A stretch of DNA of 64,000 bases. It comes from a virus. The position numbers and the translations under genes were made by a program. A model generated the notes under the pieces. That model worked only from the letters and a program-made list of their open reading frames with translations. It did not search any database and was not told the DNA's origin. The number at the start of each line of letters is the position of its first letter. The first letter of the stretch is position 1. The stretch spans positions 1-64,000 of the IMG/VR virus record IMGVR_UViG_3300047564_002353. One strand, written 5' to 3'. This document shows positions 36,601 through 47,935 of this stretch, one piece after another.

Positions 36601-37419
36601 TTATCCTTCTGCGACTACTGAATAATCATAAGACACACACCTAGGTGTACCATTAATATTATAAACAGTGTCACTTACAATTAAGTTGTTGCCAACTTTA
36701 AATAATCCATATACACCAAATGCTGAAAATCCTTGAGTAGTATGACTTAAAAATACAGGATTTTCAATAACTACGCCTTGATTGGTTGCATTAGATCTAA
36801 ATGTGGGTGCTGTTAAATTTGTTAAACTTCCAGTTAGAGCAGCATATCCTGAACTTGATCCTGAAATAGAATAAGCATAAGGAATACCGTATGTTGAATC
36901 AGTAGTTTTAATATAAGCCATTTTCATATTAGTAGTATATGTGGCTGTTATACCGTTTTGTCCTAGATCAAAAAGTCCAAATCCTATACCGCTGAACGGA
37001 CTATTAAAAAATATACAATTGTTGTTCATAATGATATTAATACCCGATGGAAACTGATCCGATGCAACATAGGCACTGGCTCTCAAATTAACTGTATATG
37101 CTACACTGTTTAATAACGTATCGGTTCCTGCGGTATACCCTTGTGCTACAGTAAAAGTAGTCAACGTAGTTCCACTAAATGTTAATCTAAAATAATGTGT
37201 AGTAGCAACACTACCATGAGTTTTGCTAAATGTATAACTAGTTCCATTAACTTTGACTAATTTAGCCGAAGGATAAGTTCCAGAAAAAGAACTAACAGAT
37301 GTATTAGCACCTGCACTTAATCCACTAGTACTGGTAATTGATCCATCTAGTATTCCAACTATATCTGCAATAAAATTAGCACTAGATATTGTGGAAAGCA
37401 TTCTATATTTTACTAGCAT
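36601..37419 (-). CDS. putative virion protein
   Basis: S/T/G-rich; likely start MLVKY (37419). Confidence 0.65.
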   Translation of the reverse strand: MLVKYRMLSTISSANFIADIVGILDGSITSTSGLSAGANTSVSSFSGTYPSAKLVKVNGTSYTFSKTHGSVATTHYFRLTFSGTTLTTFTVAQGYTAGTDTLLNSVAYTVNLRASAYVASDQFPSGINIIMNNNCIFFNSPFSGIGFGLFDLGQNGITATYTTNMKMAYIKTTDSTYGIPYAYSISGSSSGYAALTGSLTNLTAPTFRSNATNQGVVIENPVFLSHTTQGFSAFGVYGLFKVGNNLIVSDTVYNINGTPRCVSYDYSVVAEG

Positions 37420-37420
37420 T

Positions 37421-37723
37421 TCATTGTCCTTCTTCGGCTGGATCTGACTCAGGTTGTTCTGGTACAACTTCTTCAGGTTCCGGTAATGGCAGTTCTACAT
37501 ATAAAGAAAAGTTACTGTCATCTACCGTGGTATTTCTAGTATAAACAACCCAGGTTTTATTTATTTTGGTTACTACTGCATCTATCAAATTTGTTCCGGC
37601 AGCTCTGGCAAAATCCAAAGTAATTGCTTCAACTGGATCTTGATCATCTTCGATAGATCCTGCAAATACATAAATTTTACTTGGCTCTTTGCCGAACATA
37701 TTTTGTAAATCATTGTGGTTCAT
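37421..37723 (-). CDS. small acidic protein (possible fibre assembly chaperone)
   Basis: TAAATA at 37745-37750; P/E-rich tail. Confidence 0.55.
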   Translation of the reverse strand: MNHNDLQNMFGKEPSKIYVFAGSIEDDQDPVEAITLDFARAAGTNLIDAVVTKINKTWVVYTRNTTVDDSNFSLYVELPLPEPEEVVPEQPESDPAEEGQ

Positions 37724-37772
37724 AATTATCTCTTTTACGAAAAGTATTTATCTACAACTAAAACTTGCATAA

Positions 37773-38567
37773 TTAACTGGTAGTATATTTGATCTTAACA
37801 AATAAATCTGTGGCTGAATTTCCTGTAACATCAATAGTCAAATAATCTGTAGTCAATAAATCTACATTAATTGACACTGGCGACATTACATATTGATTCT
37901 GGCTAATTGTAAATGTTTGCCCTATAGTTGTGCCGTTCTTTTTTATAATAAATGTAAAATCTCCGGCTGTTGCTGAAGTAGATAGGTTAGCATATACTGT
38001 ATTAATATTGATATTATTCGGAGGATAGTATCTAGACGATCCAACTAATGGGGGAGATATTGATCCGTTTATTGCTACACTAATATATGTAGATCCATCA
38101 GCACCTCTGCTACCTGTATATCCTCCAGCAGGACCTGCTGATCCAGTATATCCTACAATTCTACCTACATTGGTCCAACTACTGCCGCCCCATACCCAAA
38201 GATATCCAGTGTCGTCAGTAATATACCCATCACCGATATCGCCGACATAAGGATCAGGCAGATTAGCACTCGATGCAACTGTGCCTACAATGGCTACACT
38301 GGTACCGTCAGTTCCATTGGATCCGGCACTGCCTGTATAACCTTGACTACCTGTGTATCCAACGGCGGCAAATTCTCCTGGTATACCTTGACTGCCAGTA
38401 TATCCTATTGATCCAGTATATCCTTGACTACCAGTATATCCTTCACTACCTGTATAACCTGTGCTGAGAGAAGTTGCCTTCCAGTAGACACCATTAAACA
38501 CCCAGGAACGATTACCTTCGGTGTACGTGTCATTTAAACTAGGATTGTTAGGAAAATTTATAGGCAT
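37773..38567 (-). CDS. short fibre protein with GYTGS collagen-like repeats
   Basis: MPINFP.NP..ND.Y......W.FNG..W start; GYTGS repeats. Confidence 0.8.
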   Translation of the reverse strand: MPINFPNNPSLNDTYTEGNRSWVFNGVYWKATSLSTGYTGSEGYTGSQGYTGSIGYTGSQGIPGEFAAVGYTGSQGYTGSAGSNGTDGTSVAIVGTVASSANLPDPYVGDIGDGYITDDTGYLWVWGGSSWTNVGRIVGYTGSAGPAGGYTGSRGADGSTYISVAINGSISPPLVGSSRYYPPNNININTVYANLSTSATAGDFTFIIKKNGTTIGQTFTISQNQYVMSPVSINVDLLTTDYLTIDVTGNSATDLFVKIKYTTS

Positions 38568-38586
38568 AATACTTTCTATTTATGAA

Positions 38587-41500
38587 TTATTGTAACAGTA
38601 GTGGTGCTGTAGGTACTACAATAGTACGATCATATAATGTAACACGTAAATCACTGATATATCCATTAAAATAACTAGCGCCGCCGCCTCGAGCAGCTCC
38701 TAGATAAATTATATCAGTTTGATTAAAATCTGTGCTTACAGTACCAGTCGCACTTACAGTACCATCGATATAGATATTAAATTGGTTAGCACCTATTCCC
38801 GATCTTACCACAGCGATATGTGTCCAAACTCCGGTTGATATTGTAGTAGTTGTAGTTATGGCTGTGCTAACATTTGTAAATACAACTTGATTTGTAGCAC
38901 TTAAAGACAGTGCCCACCCTGTTGGAGTACTAGCACCTTTGTTAATAAGATTACCTGAATTTCCAGCGATGATATAAATCCACATGTCTATTGTAAAATT
39001 TTTAAGACTAAATGTATGGTATGGTAAATGTGCAATTTTTAATCTATTATTAACAGTACCGTCAAAGAATAAACTTGTTTTGCCCCATTTACTTAATTGA
39101 GAACTCACTCTTGCATTTGTAACATCGGAGTAAATTGTAGATTTAGTAGTAAAATCTTTCATAGCTGCGCTGTCAAAATTTGTTAACATTACACATTCTT
39201 CAAAAGTAGTGTTTATGTTATTTGTATTTGGGTAGGAACTAATAGAATTAGAACCATGAGTATTTAAAGGTGCAATAGGAGGAGTAAACACAACATCTCC
39301 AACAGCTGATCCTCCTGTGTAAACTCCAACACCCTTGACTATTCTTAAATCAAAAATGTATCCTCGAAAATGATTAGTGCCGTCTGAACCAATTCTAGGA
39401 CTTCCAGTTCCGTTAGCCGAATTCGTTCCTGTGGCGTTGATATTTTGTAATACACCATTTATGTATACTCTACAGGTTCCGCTTATTCTTGTCCATACCA
39501 CGTGTGCCCAAGCATTATATGGTACGAATAAAGCTGCTACATCTGTTGCGGCGTGCGTATATATTTGCCAAGCTAATCTATTGCTGCTTCTTAAAAAAAG
39601 TTGGTACGAATTTGTAGCACTTGAGGTCCAGAAATTAAAAATCATACGACTCACTGCTGCCGTGTTTGTAGGATAAATCCAAGATTCTATAGTAAAGTCG
39701 CCTGTGCCTAAAGAAAGAGAGCTTTGCTCATTTACTGTTGTTAATAAATCATTACTTCCATCAAAATAACAACTAGTGCCGTTTGTCAGTTCATCGTATT
39801 GAGTAGATGGTGCAAATGGCGTAAATGGTTGTGTTGCAACTGTTCCGCTGGCAGTTAATATAAATGAATTGTTACTATTGTCGACAAATCTATTCGATTG
39901 ACAAGTTAATAGAGTTGTTTCTGATCCAGTTAATGCAGAAATATTTGTTCCTGCACTTTGAATTCTAGATAACGGCGATGTTGGTGGAGTAAATGTACCG
40001 GTGTACACTGCGGTGCCGTTAACCACACGAAAATTGGAAATGTTTCCAAGCATAAATGCAGTAGATCCTGTAAGTGACCCAATATATGAAATTTGAGCAG
40101 TAGGACTAGCTATTGTTGCAGCAGTAAAACTAATTACAGATGATCCATTCAAATACAAGTTGCAGGCACTTCCATTTTTTACGAAGGCAATATGATACCA
40201 TCCACTTGTAGTTATGATACCAGTAGATGATGCAATAGTTGCCTCACTTGTGCCAGTAATTGAATAAAATATCTGAAGTGCGCCAGTAGTCAATGCTGCT
40301 ATAGACAATCCTCTAATACCACTTCCACTACTATTTGCATCCCTGGCAAAAAAAACTCTATTGGATGCCAATGAATCTACCTTCGCCCACATTTCAATAG
40401 TAAAGCTATTAGCAGCAGTCCACAGTGCATTAGCAGCAGCAATACTTAAATAATCCCCAGTGCCATCAAAATAATTACTCCACCCTACGTGACTAAATGG
40501 AGTGAATGTGCTTGTAGCTACATCTCCAGAAAAACTAATAATTCTATGTGAATTTACTTTATCAAACGCAACTTTATTATTATAATCTCTGCGTCCTTTT
40601 AATGTTAATATACTTGTGCTTGAAGCTGAAAATGTTGTATTAACATTAGTTGTTACGGAGTACGGAGTAGAAGATCCATACGGCAATAAATCAGCGATAG
40701 GCGGTGTAAAATCGCCTGTGTAAACTGCAACACCTTTTACAATACGGAAATTACTAATAAACCCACTCCAGGGATCGGTAGTGTCACCTTGTACACCTAT
40801 TCTAAATTCTTTAAGGAAGCCGCTGAACCAAATATTAGTATCAGCAAATGTTCTTGCACCTCCAGAATCAGACTTTCCATTAATATAAAAGTATATAGAA
40901 TTACCACTTCTTACCACAGCAAGATGTACCCAGGTATTGTATGGAACAGAGTCAGTAGAAGTTAACGTAGCAGTGCCGCCATCTGATTCTTTTCTCAATA
41001 CAAATTCTATTTTACTTGCTGTAGTTATACGCCAAATCCATGCTCCGCCGCCTGACCATGTACTTGCTATACCCCGTATAGCACTAAATGCAACATTAGA
41101 ATAAACCCAAGCTTCAAAAGTAAAATCACTACTTCCCATTAAGAAAGCATCACTGAACCCTGTGGCTGTTGTAGGAATTGAAACATATTGTGATGTGCTA
41201 TTTGCAAAATATCCGCTGCCTGAAGTTATATCTGTGTTTGCAAATGGGCTAAACGTCACAGTTTCTGCCTCACCGCTTTTTGTTAAATTCAATTTATATG
41301 AACTGTTATCAACAATGTTACCATTTTGACAAGTTAATAGACTTGTTTCGGTACCTTGAGGAGGATTAACGCCTCCACTAGTTATTCCTAATGGAGCAGT
41401 AGGTGGTGTGAAAGTAGTTGTATAAACTGCCCTTCCTTTGACTACTCTAAGATTACTGATATATCCGTTCAAATCATTTGCGTTGAGGTATCCGCAACCA

Positions 41501-42918
41501 ATTTTTGGTCCTCCGATTACATAATCATTTGCATCAGTATATGTTGACCCGGTTTGTGTACCATCGAGATACATTTTAGTAGATCCTGAACTTTTCACCA
41601 CTGCAATATGATACCACCGACTTGTGCTTAAAGTTGCTCCGGCTATTCTATTATTGCCTACAAAATAAGTTAGTACTCCAGCATTTAGATAAATTACCGG
41701 AGATATAGTAGTGGAACCGGTTCTACCATCATACAATGTTCCTGACGTACCTGAAAGCAAATACAACCATCCTTCAATGGTAAAATCTCCAGTGCCCATG
41801 GTAAACACAGAGTTACTAGGTGCGTCTATAAAATCATCAGTTCCATCAAAATAAACACTATATCCAGTGTTAAAAGGACTAAATGAAACTGCTTTTGGAT
41901 TCTCAAACGGAGTTTGTTTAACTATTTGAAAAGCATTGTTTGATTCATCGGCTAAAAAAGGGTTAGTACCAGTATCACCAGAAATTAGAAGCACAGTATC
42001 CTTAAAAAAGATATCTCCTAATATTACAGCCCAAGTTATAGATATTGTTGAACTTCGATTTGAAGTTTCAGCAGTAGCAGTAAGATTAGCCGGTACCGTT
42101 TCTGTTTGAGTAACAGTTCCTGATATTACACCTGTTTCAGCGTTTAGGCTAAATCCACTAGGTAAAGCACTAGCAGTGTAATCTATATCATAGCCTGTTA
42201 ATGCTGATGCGTTTAAATTTACAGATGCAGTATTAGCATTTATATTAATAGTGCTACCATTAGTTGGGTATGACCAAATAACTACATCTGTATTCACAGT
42301 AACATTAAATTCTCTTGTGGATGTTTGTAATTCTGCGTCCGTTGCACGAACAGTAAAGGTATACGTATCGTTAGTAGTTGTTGCTTGTGCTGTTCCTGTT
42401 AGTGTTCCATCATTATTAAGAGTCGATCCTGGAGGAATTAATCCACTTACAACATCATATGTAATAGCAGAGTCTGATGCAGCAGACACTGAGGACGATA
42501 TCGCAGTTGTTTCATAAAAATTACCTATATTACCTGTTGCTGTTACAAAATTAGGAGAACCAGAATACTGTATTCCTGGAACTAAGACTGCTGCTCCGCC
42601 TGATGGATTAATTAATAATACACTATAAGTTCCTGAACTGTTTGCAGGAGAAGTAAATGAAATACGTTTGTCACTTAGAACACTTACAGGACTAATTGAT
42701 ACTCCGCCTATTGAAAGAGTTAGTCCGGATTCAAAACCATTACCATTTATATAAACAGTTTCTCCTCCGGCTGGTATTAAAGCCAATGCATTAGAACTGT
42801 CTACTTCAAATCCGCTTATATAAGGTGCGGGTAAAACTTTTTGTAAATGTTTTTCAACAGAATTAATTCTGCCTTCGTTATCACGAGAACGAGTTCCACG
42901 TCTACTAGAATTAGACAT
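38587..42918 (-). CDS. large virion adhesin: IPT/Ig domains plus about 5 LamG/concanavalin-A-like domains
   Basis: repeated FDGT.D, DFTIE.W.Y, W.HIAVV, GYISN.R.VKG.AVYT..FTPP. Confidence 0.85.
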   Translation of the reverse strand: MSNSSRRGTRSRDNEGRINSVEKHLQKVLPAPYISGFEVDSSNALALIPAGGETVYINGNGFESGLTLSIGGVSISPVSVLSDKRISFTSPANSSGTYSVLLINPSGGAAVLVPGIQYSGSPNFVTATGNIGNFYETTAISSSVSAASDSAITYDVVSGLIPPGSTLNNDGTLTGTAQATTTNDTYTFTVRATDAELQTSTREFNVTVNTDVVIWSYPTNGSTININANTASVNLNASALTGYDIDYTASALPSGFSLNAETGVISGTVTQTETVPANLTATAETSNRSSTISITWAVILGDIFFKDTVLLISGDTGTNPFLADESNNAFQIVKQTPFENPKAVSFSPFNTGYSVYFDGTDDFIDAPSNSVFTMGTGDFTIEGWLYLLSGTSGTLYDGRTGSTTISPVIYLNAGVLTYFVGNNRIAGATLSTSRWYHIAVVKSSGSTKMYLDGTQTGSTYTDANDYVIGGPKIGCGYLNANDLNGYISNLRVVKGRAVYTTTFTPPTAPLGITSGGVNPPQGTETSLLTCQNGNIVDNSSYKLNLTKSGEAETVTFSPFANTDITSGSGYFANSTSQYVSIPTTATGFSDAFLMGSSDFTFEAWVYSNVAFSAIRGIASTWSGGGAWIWRITTASKIEFVLRKESDGGTATLTSTDSVPYNTWVHLAVVRSGNSIYFYINGKSDSGGARTFADTNIWFSGFLKEFRIGVQGDTTDPWSGFISNFRIVKGVAVYTGDFTPPIADLLPYGSSTPYSVTTNVNTTFSASSTSILTLKGRRDYNNKVAFDKVNSHRIISFSGDVATSTFTPFSHVGWSNYFDGTGDYLSIAAANALWTAANSFTIEMWAKVDSLASNRVFFARDANSSGSGIRGLSIAALTTGALQIFYSITGTSEATIASSTGIITTSGWYHIAFVKNGSACNLYLNGSSVISFTAATIASPTAQISYIGSLTGSTAFMLGNISNFRVVNGTAVYTGTFTPPTSPLSRIQSAGTNISALTGSETTLLTCQSNRFVDNSNNSFILTASGTVATQPFTPFAPSTQYDELTNGTSCYFDGSNDLLTTVNEQSSLSLGTGDFTIESWIYPTNTAAVSRMIFNFWTSSATNSYQLFLRSSNRLAWQIYTHAATDVAALFVPYNAWAHVVWTRISGTCRVYINGVLQNINATGTNSANGTGSPRIGSDGTNHFRGYIFDLRIVKGVGVYTGGSAVGDVVFTPPIAPLNTHGSNSISSYPNTNNINTTFEECVMLTNFDSAAMKDFTTKSTIYSDVTNARVSSQLSKWGKTSLFFDGTVNNRLKIAHLPYHTFSLKNFTIDMWIYIIAGNSGNLINKGASTPTGWALSLSATNQVVFTNVSTAITTTTTISTGVWTHIAVVRSGIGANQFNIYIDGTVSATGTVSTDFNQTDIIYLGAARGGGASYFNGYISDLRVTLYDRTIVVPTAPLLLQ

Positions 42919-43277
42919 TAACTTATTTCCTCATAACTACAAATACCTTCGAGATCGCTGTTAGCACTGGCTGTGAGTCTAATAGAATCTCCTTCTTCTA
43001 AATATATTAATACACTTTTATCAATCACAGTGAATGCAGTGCCGGCTGGTATTGATACTAATTTTATTAAGTGTGTAGCTGTTCCGCTTCGATATATATC
43101 AGCAGTTAAAGATGCTGCATTTGTTCCATCAACATTTGACACTATAAGACTGTTTATTTTTAATATTTTTCCGCTAGGTGATGCATTAGAAACTATCGCA
43201 GTAGCTGATGTTGTTATAGCTAAAAATTGAGTCTTTGCATAAATTTGTGAAACTGCTATTATATTCGGGTTTGCCAT
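42918..43277 (-). CDS. small virion protein
   Basis: MANPNI...NVDGTNAA...YLEEGDSI....SYEEIS; start 43277. Confidence 0.75.
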   Translation of the reverse strand: MANPNIIAVSQIYAKTQFLAITTSATAIVSNASPSGKILKINSLIVSNVDGTNAASLTADIYRSGTATHLIKLVSIPAGTAFTVIDKSVLIYLEEGDSIRLTASANSDLEGICSYEEIS

Positions 43278-43278
43278 T

Positions 43279-45321
43279 CTATCCTCCAAAAACTATTGTC
43301 ATAGCGATACTTTGACCAATAGTCACATCGCCTTTTGATCCGGTATAACCTGTATCTCCACGCAACCCAGATGCATTAACTTCGACCCATTGTTGACTAT
43401 CACCGTCGTCTACATATACTGTTAAAATTCCTTCGTTGGTATCATACCAACGATCTCCAATCACAGGACTTACTGGCGGATTAGTTCCCCATGTAAACGA
43501 ACTTTCTCCTTTACTTCCAGTATATCCTAGTGATCCTACATATCCAATGTCTCCCGTTCTTGAGAATGTCAAAAACATATCTGCATTATTGTCATAAGGA
43601 GTGATAGTACCTATAACATAAGAGATAGTTAAATTTACATAATTTGAATTATCTGTAACAGATCCAGTAATGGAATAAAATGTAAAGTCTTCTGGATTAG
43701 CTTGACTGGTAAACTTTACGTAGCCTCTGTTGTCTGTGGTGCTGTCTGCTACAGTTGTTAGATATGTATGTATATCATTTCCAAAATAGTCATATCTGTT
43801 AATAGCTGCTGAAGTTACACTAGACAAATTAGTATTGTTAAGAGAAAATTTACCTGAACCTGGATCTGAATTTACAGCGGTCGTCGTATTAAAATTATAA
43901 CCAAATGTGGCACCACCGAAGTTACCTGACAATCCTCGACTACCTGTGTATCCAATATCACCTTGTGATCCTGTATACCCAATGACTGTACTTGCACTAC
44001 CAGTATAGCCGATATCACCTTGACTGCCAGTATAGCCGATATCACCTTGACTGCCAGTAAATCCATAACTACCAGTAAATCCAGTAATACCTTGACTACC
44101 TGTATAACCTTGAATACCCTGACTGCCTGTATAACCTTGAATACCCTGACTGCCTACGAATCCAGTAACTCCTTGAATACCCTGACTACCTGTATAACCT
44201 TGACTACCTGTGTAACCAATATCACCTTGACTGCCTGTATAACCAATGACCGTGCTTGCACTACCAGTGTAACCAATATCTCCTTGACTACCTGTATAGC
44301 CTTGACTACCTGTATAGCCTTGAGCTCCGTCGGCTCCAATAAATCCGTCGGCTCCAGCACTACCTGTATAACCCTGAATACCTTGACTGCCTGTATATCC
44401 GATATCACCTTGACTACCTGTATAACCAAATGATCCAGTATATCCAGTAATACCTTGACTACCTGTATATCCAATATCTCCTTGTGATCCGGTGTATCCT
44501 TGACTACCTGTATAACCTTGAATACCCTGACTACCTGTATATCCGATATCACCTTTATCACCAGTACGTGCAAAGGTTACTATGATATCTTCATTATTGC
44601 TAAATGAATTAGCACTTCCAGAAACATAACTTATAGGTACTGTGAAATATGTCGAGTTATTTGTACTATTGGCAGTGATAGCAAATATTGCAAAGTCATC
44701 GCTATTAGCTTTATTGCTTATTCTAACGTGACCTTTGAGCTGACTAGTGCTTGCATCTATCGTTGTCAAATAAGCATCAAGGTTTACATTGTTATCATCT
44801 GTATCTTGAATGTAAAGAGTCGTTGCTGTAGTAATGTCACTTTGATTAACTTTTAATTTTCCAGTACCTGGTGCTGAATTATCTGTATCTGTAGAAAAAG
44901 TATAATCAAATGTCACTCCGCCAAAGTTGCCTTGCGGACCTTGACTACCTGTATATCCTTGACTACCAATATAACCTGTATCACCTTGACTACCTGTATA
45001 ACCAAATGATCCAGTATATCCAATATCACCTTGACTACCTGTATATCCAATATCACCTTGACTACCTGTATAACCAAATGATCCAGTATATCCAATATCA
45101 CCTTGTGATCCAGTATAACCTTTAAAATCGTTGGCGTAAGTAGTAATGTCGGTCCAGGTCCTAGAACCATCAGTATCGCCAATTAGGACACTGTTATTAA
45201 CTGGTGGTAAACCTAAATCGGGTTCAGCATTACTAACATCTAAATAGTCATAACGATCTGCATCAAGTGTTGCACCCGATTTCTTTTTTACTTTGCCACT
45301 GACTAAACGACTTTTACTCAT
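43279..45321 (-). CDS. collagen-like fibre protein (GYTGSQGDI repeats, two copies of a globular module)
   Basis: Gly-X-Y runs; AEPDLG.P N-terminus; C-terminal SIAMTIVFGG. Confidence 0.85.
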   Translation of the reverse strand: MSKSRLVSGKVKKKSGATLDADRYDYLDVSNAEPDLGLPPVNNSVLIGDTDGSRTWTDITTYANDFKGYTGSQGDIGYTGSFGYTGSQGDIGYTGSQGDIGYTGSFGYTGSQGDTGYIGSQGYTGSQGPQGNFGGVTFDYTFSTDTDNSAPGTGKLKVNQSDITTATTLYIQDTDDNNVNLDAYLTTIDASTSQLKGHVRISNKANSDDFAIFAITANSTNNSTYFTVPISYVSGSANSFSNNEDIIVTFARTGDKGDIGYTGSQGIQGYTGSQGYTGSQGDIGYTGSQGITGYTGSFGYTGSQGDIGYTGSQGIQGYTGSAGADGFIGADGAQGYTGSQGYTGSQGDIGYTGSASTVIGYTGSQGDIGYTGSQGYTGSQGIQGVTGFVGSQGIQGYTGSQGIQGYTGSQGITGFTGSYGFTGSQGDIGYTGSQGDIGYTGSASTVIGYTGSQGDIGYTGSRGLSGNFGGATFGYNFNTTTAVNSDPGSGKFSLNNTNLSSVTSAAINRYDYFGNDIHTYLTTVADSTTDNRGYVKFTSQANPEDFTFYSITGSVTDNSNYVNLTISYVIGTITPYDNNADMFLTFSRTGDIGYVGSLGYTGSKGESSFTWGTNPPVSPVIGDRWYDTNEGILTVYVDDGDSQQWVEVNASGLRGDTGYTGSKGDVTIGQSIAMTIVFGG

Positions 45322-45649
45322 TAGATGTTTCCAAGATACTTAAAATTAAATTTATAGTACTATTAGCACTGACTACAGCTTTAACACTAGATCCTTCTTC
45401 TATAACTAATTTACCTGTTGTTACTTCTGCTGCATCATTGGGAGGTATTTCAAAAGCATTTAACATAACATAATCTGTACTATTCTTTCTAAGAGTAAAA
45501 GTTATAGTAGCTGGACTATTTCCTATGTTACTAGCTTGAGCACCTAACACAATAGTAGTTAAACCTGTAGGTGTAGTATAAAGAGTCTGCTCTGATGTTG
45601 TTAATTCGTATGCTTTAGTTCTAAACGTGTTTAAAGGCAAAGTTGCCAT
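45314..45649 (-). CDS. small virion protein
   Basis: LNTF.T, YT.P.G.T.IVL.AQ..N, KLVIE.G.S, LSILET.N. Confidence 0.75.
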   Translation of the reverse strand: MATLPLNTFRTKAYELTTSEQTLYTTPTGLTTIVLGAQASNIGNSPATITFTLRKNSTDYVMLNAFEIPPNDAAEVTTGKLVIEEGSSVKAVVSANSTINLILSILETSNE

Positions 45650-45652
45650 AAA

Positions 45653-47905
45653 TTAATCTCCAATTGCCAATATGTAAGGTGTCATAACAGCGAACAAACT
45701 CTTAGTGAATGTTCTACCAGTAATGGTTCCTGTGTTTCTATTAATCACTAAGTCGTTACCAATTCTAAAATCGCCTCGTTGATCTGTTCCTGTATAATAA
45801 ATTTTTCCTTGGTTAACCTGCACTACTTGATTTTCTGTCACAGGTATACCGCCAAGGTATGGAAGAGCAGTATTTACATTAGTGCCGGCACCGACCCATT
45901 CAAATGTTTGTCCAGCTGCTGTAATCAAACTAAATTGATGAAAAGTAACTGCTGCATTATCAGCTATTTCACTAGCAGTTTCTTCTAAAGTAATTGTACT
46001 CGAATAGGCATTTTCAACAAGATTCGTAACTATATCAAACAAACCGTTAGCGATTCCAACTTCTGTATTAGTGGCTGCTGGATTACTAGTATTTTGACTT
46101 ACGGATCCATTTAATGCAGAAACATTAGTATTAACTAAACAGGCCGCTGCTACAGTTTTTAGATATGCAAATGTATCTATAGTAGCCTGTTTTTCTCCGG
46201 CTGGAACTTGTAGCGTGCCTGTGCTGTAATATTCATCAGCTGCATCAGCAGTTTGACTATTACCTCCATAGAGTATATCATATGTTATTGAATCAATAAT
46301 ATAACCAATATCTCTACGGCATTTAGTAGAGTCATAACTTAAAGCTGGATAGTTTGCAGTTATGTATGCAATACCTTCCTCGATAAAGAAACTACGGTTG
46401 GCTTGTAAAATTGTTTTAGCTCTAGAATTGTTAGTTGATACACCTGTTGGATTGTTAAATGAATATGCAGGTGCAACTCCTATACCATTGTTTATTATAT
46501 TAGTGATTGTATTGAAATTAGTCTGAACTCTAGTATACTCAGGACCTTGTGTGCTATCTGAACTTAGTATATCAAGTACTGCATCTCTAGCAAAATTTAT
46601 ACCTGCTATGGTTTCTGTTTTTTGATTTGTTGTTACTTCACTGGCAGTTGCTCTATAATAACTTATACCTGCTTGTACAGATTTATAGTTGGTGTTTAGA
46701 ACCATATCATCTACTACAGCATCGATAATTAGTCCAACATCTCTACTACATTTAAATTGATTAAAATCAAATGTAGGATAAGTTTCGTTCAAATAATCAA
46801 TTACATCAATTTGTATTTTACTTTTTGCATCTAGAACATTTTGTCTAGCATTTCTAGCATCTGCTGGTTCTGCTGCATAACTTGGAGAACTAATGGTAGT
46901 TGACCCGCTGGTAAAAGCAGTGCTAGTGGCCAATGTATAATAAGTTTCATCTCCTACAAATTTTACTGCATCTCCGACATTTGGTCTTGTGGTTAAATTA
47001 TCAACGACAAAGGTTCTACCTGAAGTAGTTCCATTAACTTTTCCTGAATATAGTGTAGAACTTACGCCGTCAGCTTTCAATCCATAATTACCAAAACTAC
47101 TGTTACTATTAGTTAAACTACAGAATCCACCGCTTTCACAAAGCACAGCAACATCACAACAAATAGTAAACACAGAAACTAATTGTGTGTTTCCTCTATT
47201 TTTATGATGAATACCTATTCCACCTTGGTTATATTGTGTAAATGCATCAACTACCATACTACGTAAACCAGAACAGTGAGCACCATCAACACGCATACCA
47301 GTTCCTGTAGTAGTCATACTAGTGCAGTTTTGTACATAAGGACTGGTATGAATAACTCCTGCACTTCCGTTAGGGTTAAATGCTACCGCGGCAGACGGAC
47401 TTTCATGATCTTTAAAAGTCATATGTGCTAGATAAGCACCATTGTTTACATAAAATAAATCTTGTGTTTTATTCTGTGGACGAACGGTAACTGTTCTAAG
47501 ATTGTCGCCAACAATAGCCACACCTTCAGGAACAGTTAAAGGATTAACTTCTGTGTAATCACCACTCTTAACAAATATCGTAGTGCCGTTAGTAGCAACT
47601 TGTAGTGCAGATTTAATTGTTAGCTTACTGAGATTTAATGCAGTTCCATTATTTGAGTCATTGCCGCTTTTACTAACATAAAGAACATTCTGTACAGCAA
47701 TATTTCCTACACTACCTGCATAACCTGTACTACCTGAATATCCTCTTAGTCCACCGTAAGGCAATTCAGTCCAGGTATCATTACCGTTACCAATTTTAAA
47801 CAGATTAGTATCTGTTTCAATTCCCATTTCACCTTCGGCAAGAACCGGATCGACACTAGTCCACTCTGCGGCAAGTCCTCGTCTAAACTGTATTTGTATG
47901 GCCAT
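45653..47905 (-). CDS. tail fibre protein with an Mtd-N-like domain
   Basis: IQFRRG..AEW....PVLAEGE.GIETDT..FKIG.G...W..LPY; YVSKSGNDSN.G; repeated KC.RD.G.IID. Confidence 0.85.
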   Translation of the reverse strand: MAIQIQFRRGLAAEWTSVDPVLAEGEMGIETDTNLFKIGNGNDTWTELPYGGLRGYSGSTGYAGSVGNIAVQNVLYVSKSGNDSNNGTALNLSKLTIKSALQVATNGTTIFVKSGDYTEVNPLTVPEGVAIVGDNLRTVTVRPQNKTQDLFYVNNGAYLAHMTFKDHESPSAAVAFNPNGSAGVIHTSPYVQNCTSMTTTGTGMRVDGAHCSGLRSMVVDAFTQYNQGGIGIHHKNRGNTQLVSVFTICCDVAVLCESGGFCSLTNSNSSFGNYGLKADGVSSTLYSGKVNGTTSGRTFVVDNLTTRPNVGDAVKFVGDETYYTLATSTAFTSGSTTISSPSYAAEPADARNARQNVLDAKSKIQIDVIDYLNETYPTFDFNQFKCSRDVGLIIDAVVDDMVLNTNYKSVQAGISYYRATASEVTTNQKTETIAGINFARDAVLDILSSDSTQGPEYTRVQTNFNTITNIINNGIGVAPAYSFNNPTGVSTNNSRAKTILQANRSFFIEEGIAYITANYPALSYDSTKCRRDIGYIIDSITYDILYGGNSQTADAADEYYSTGTLQVPAGEKQATIDTFAYLKTVAAACLVNTNVSALNGSVSQNTSNPAATNTEVGIANGLFDIVTNLVENAYSSTITLEETASEIADNAAVTFHQFSLITAAGQTFEWVGAGTNVNTALPYLGGIPVTENQVVQVNQGKIYYTGTDQRGDFRIGNDLVINRNTGTITGRTFTKSLFAVMTPYILAIGD

Positions 47906-47935
47906 TTTTTATAAAATCTGCTGTTATTTTAATAT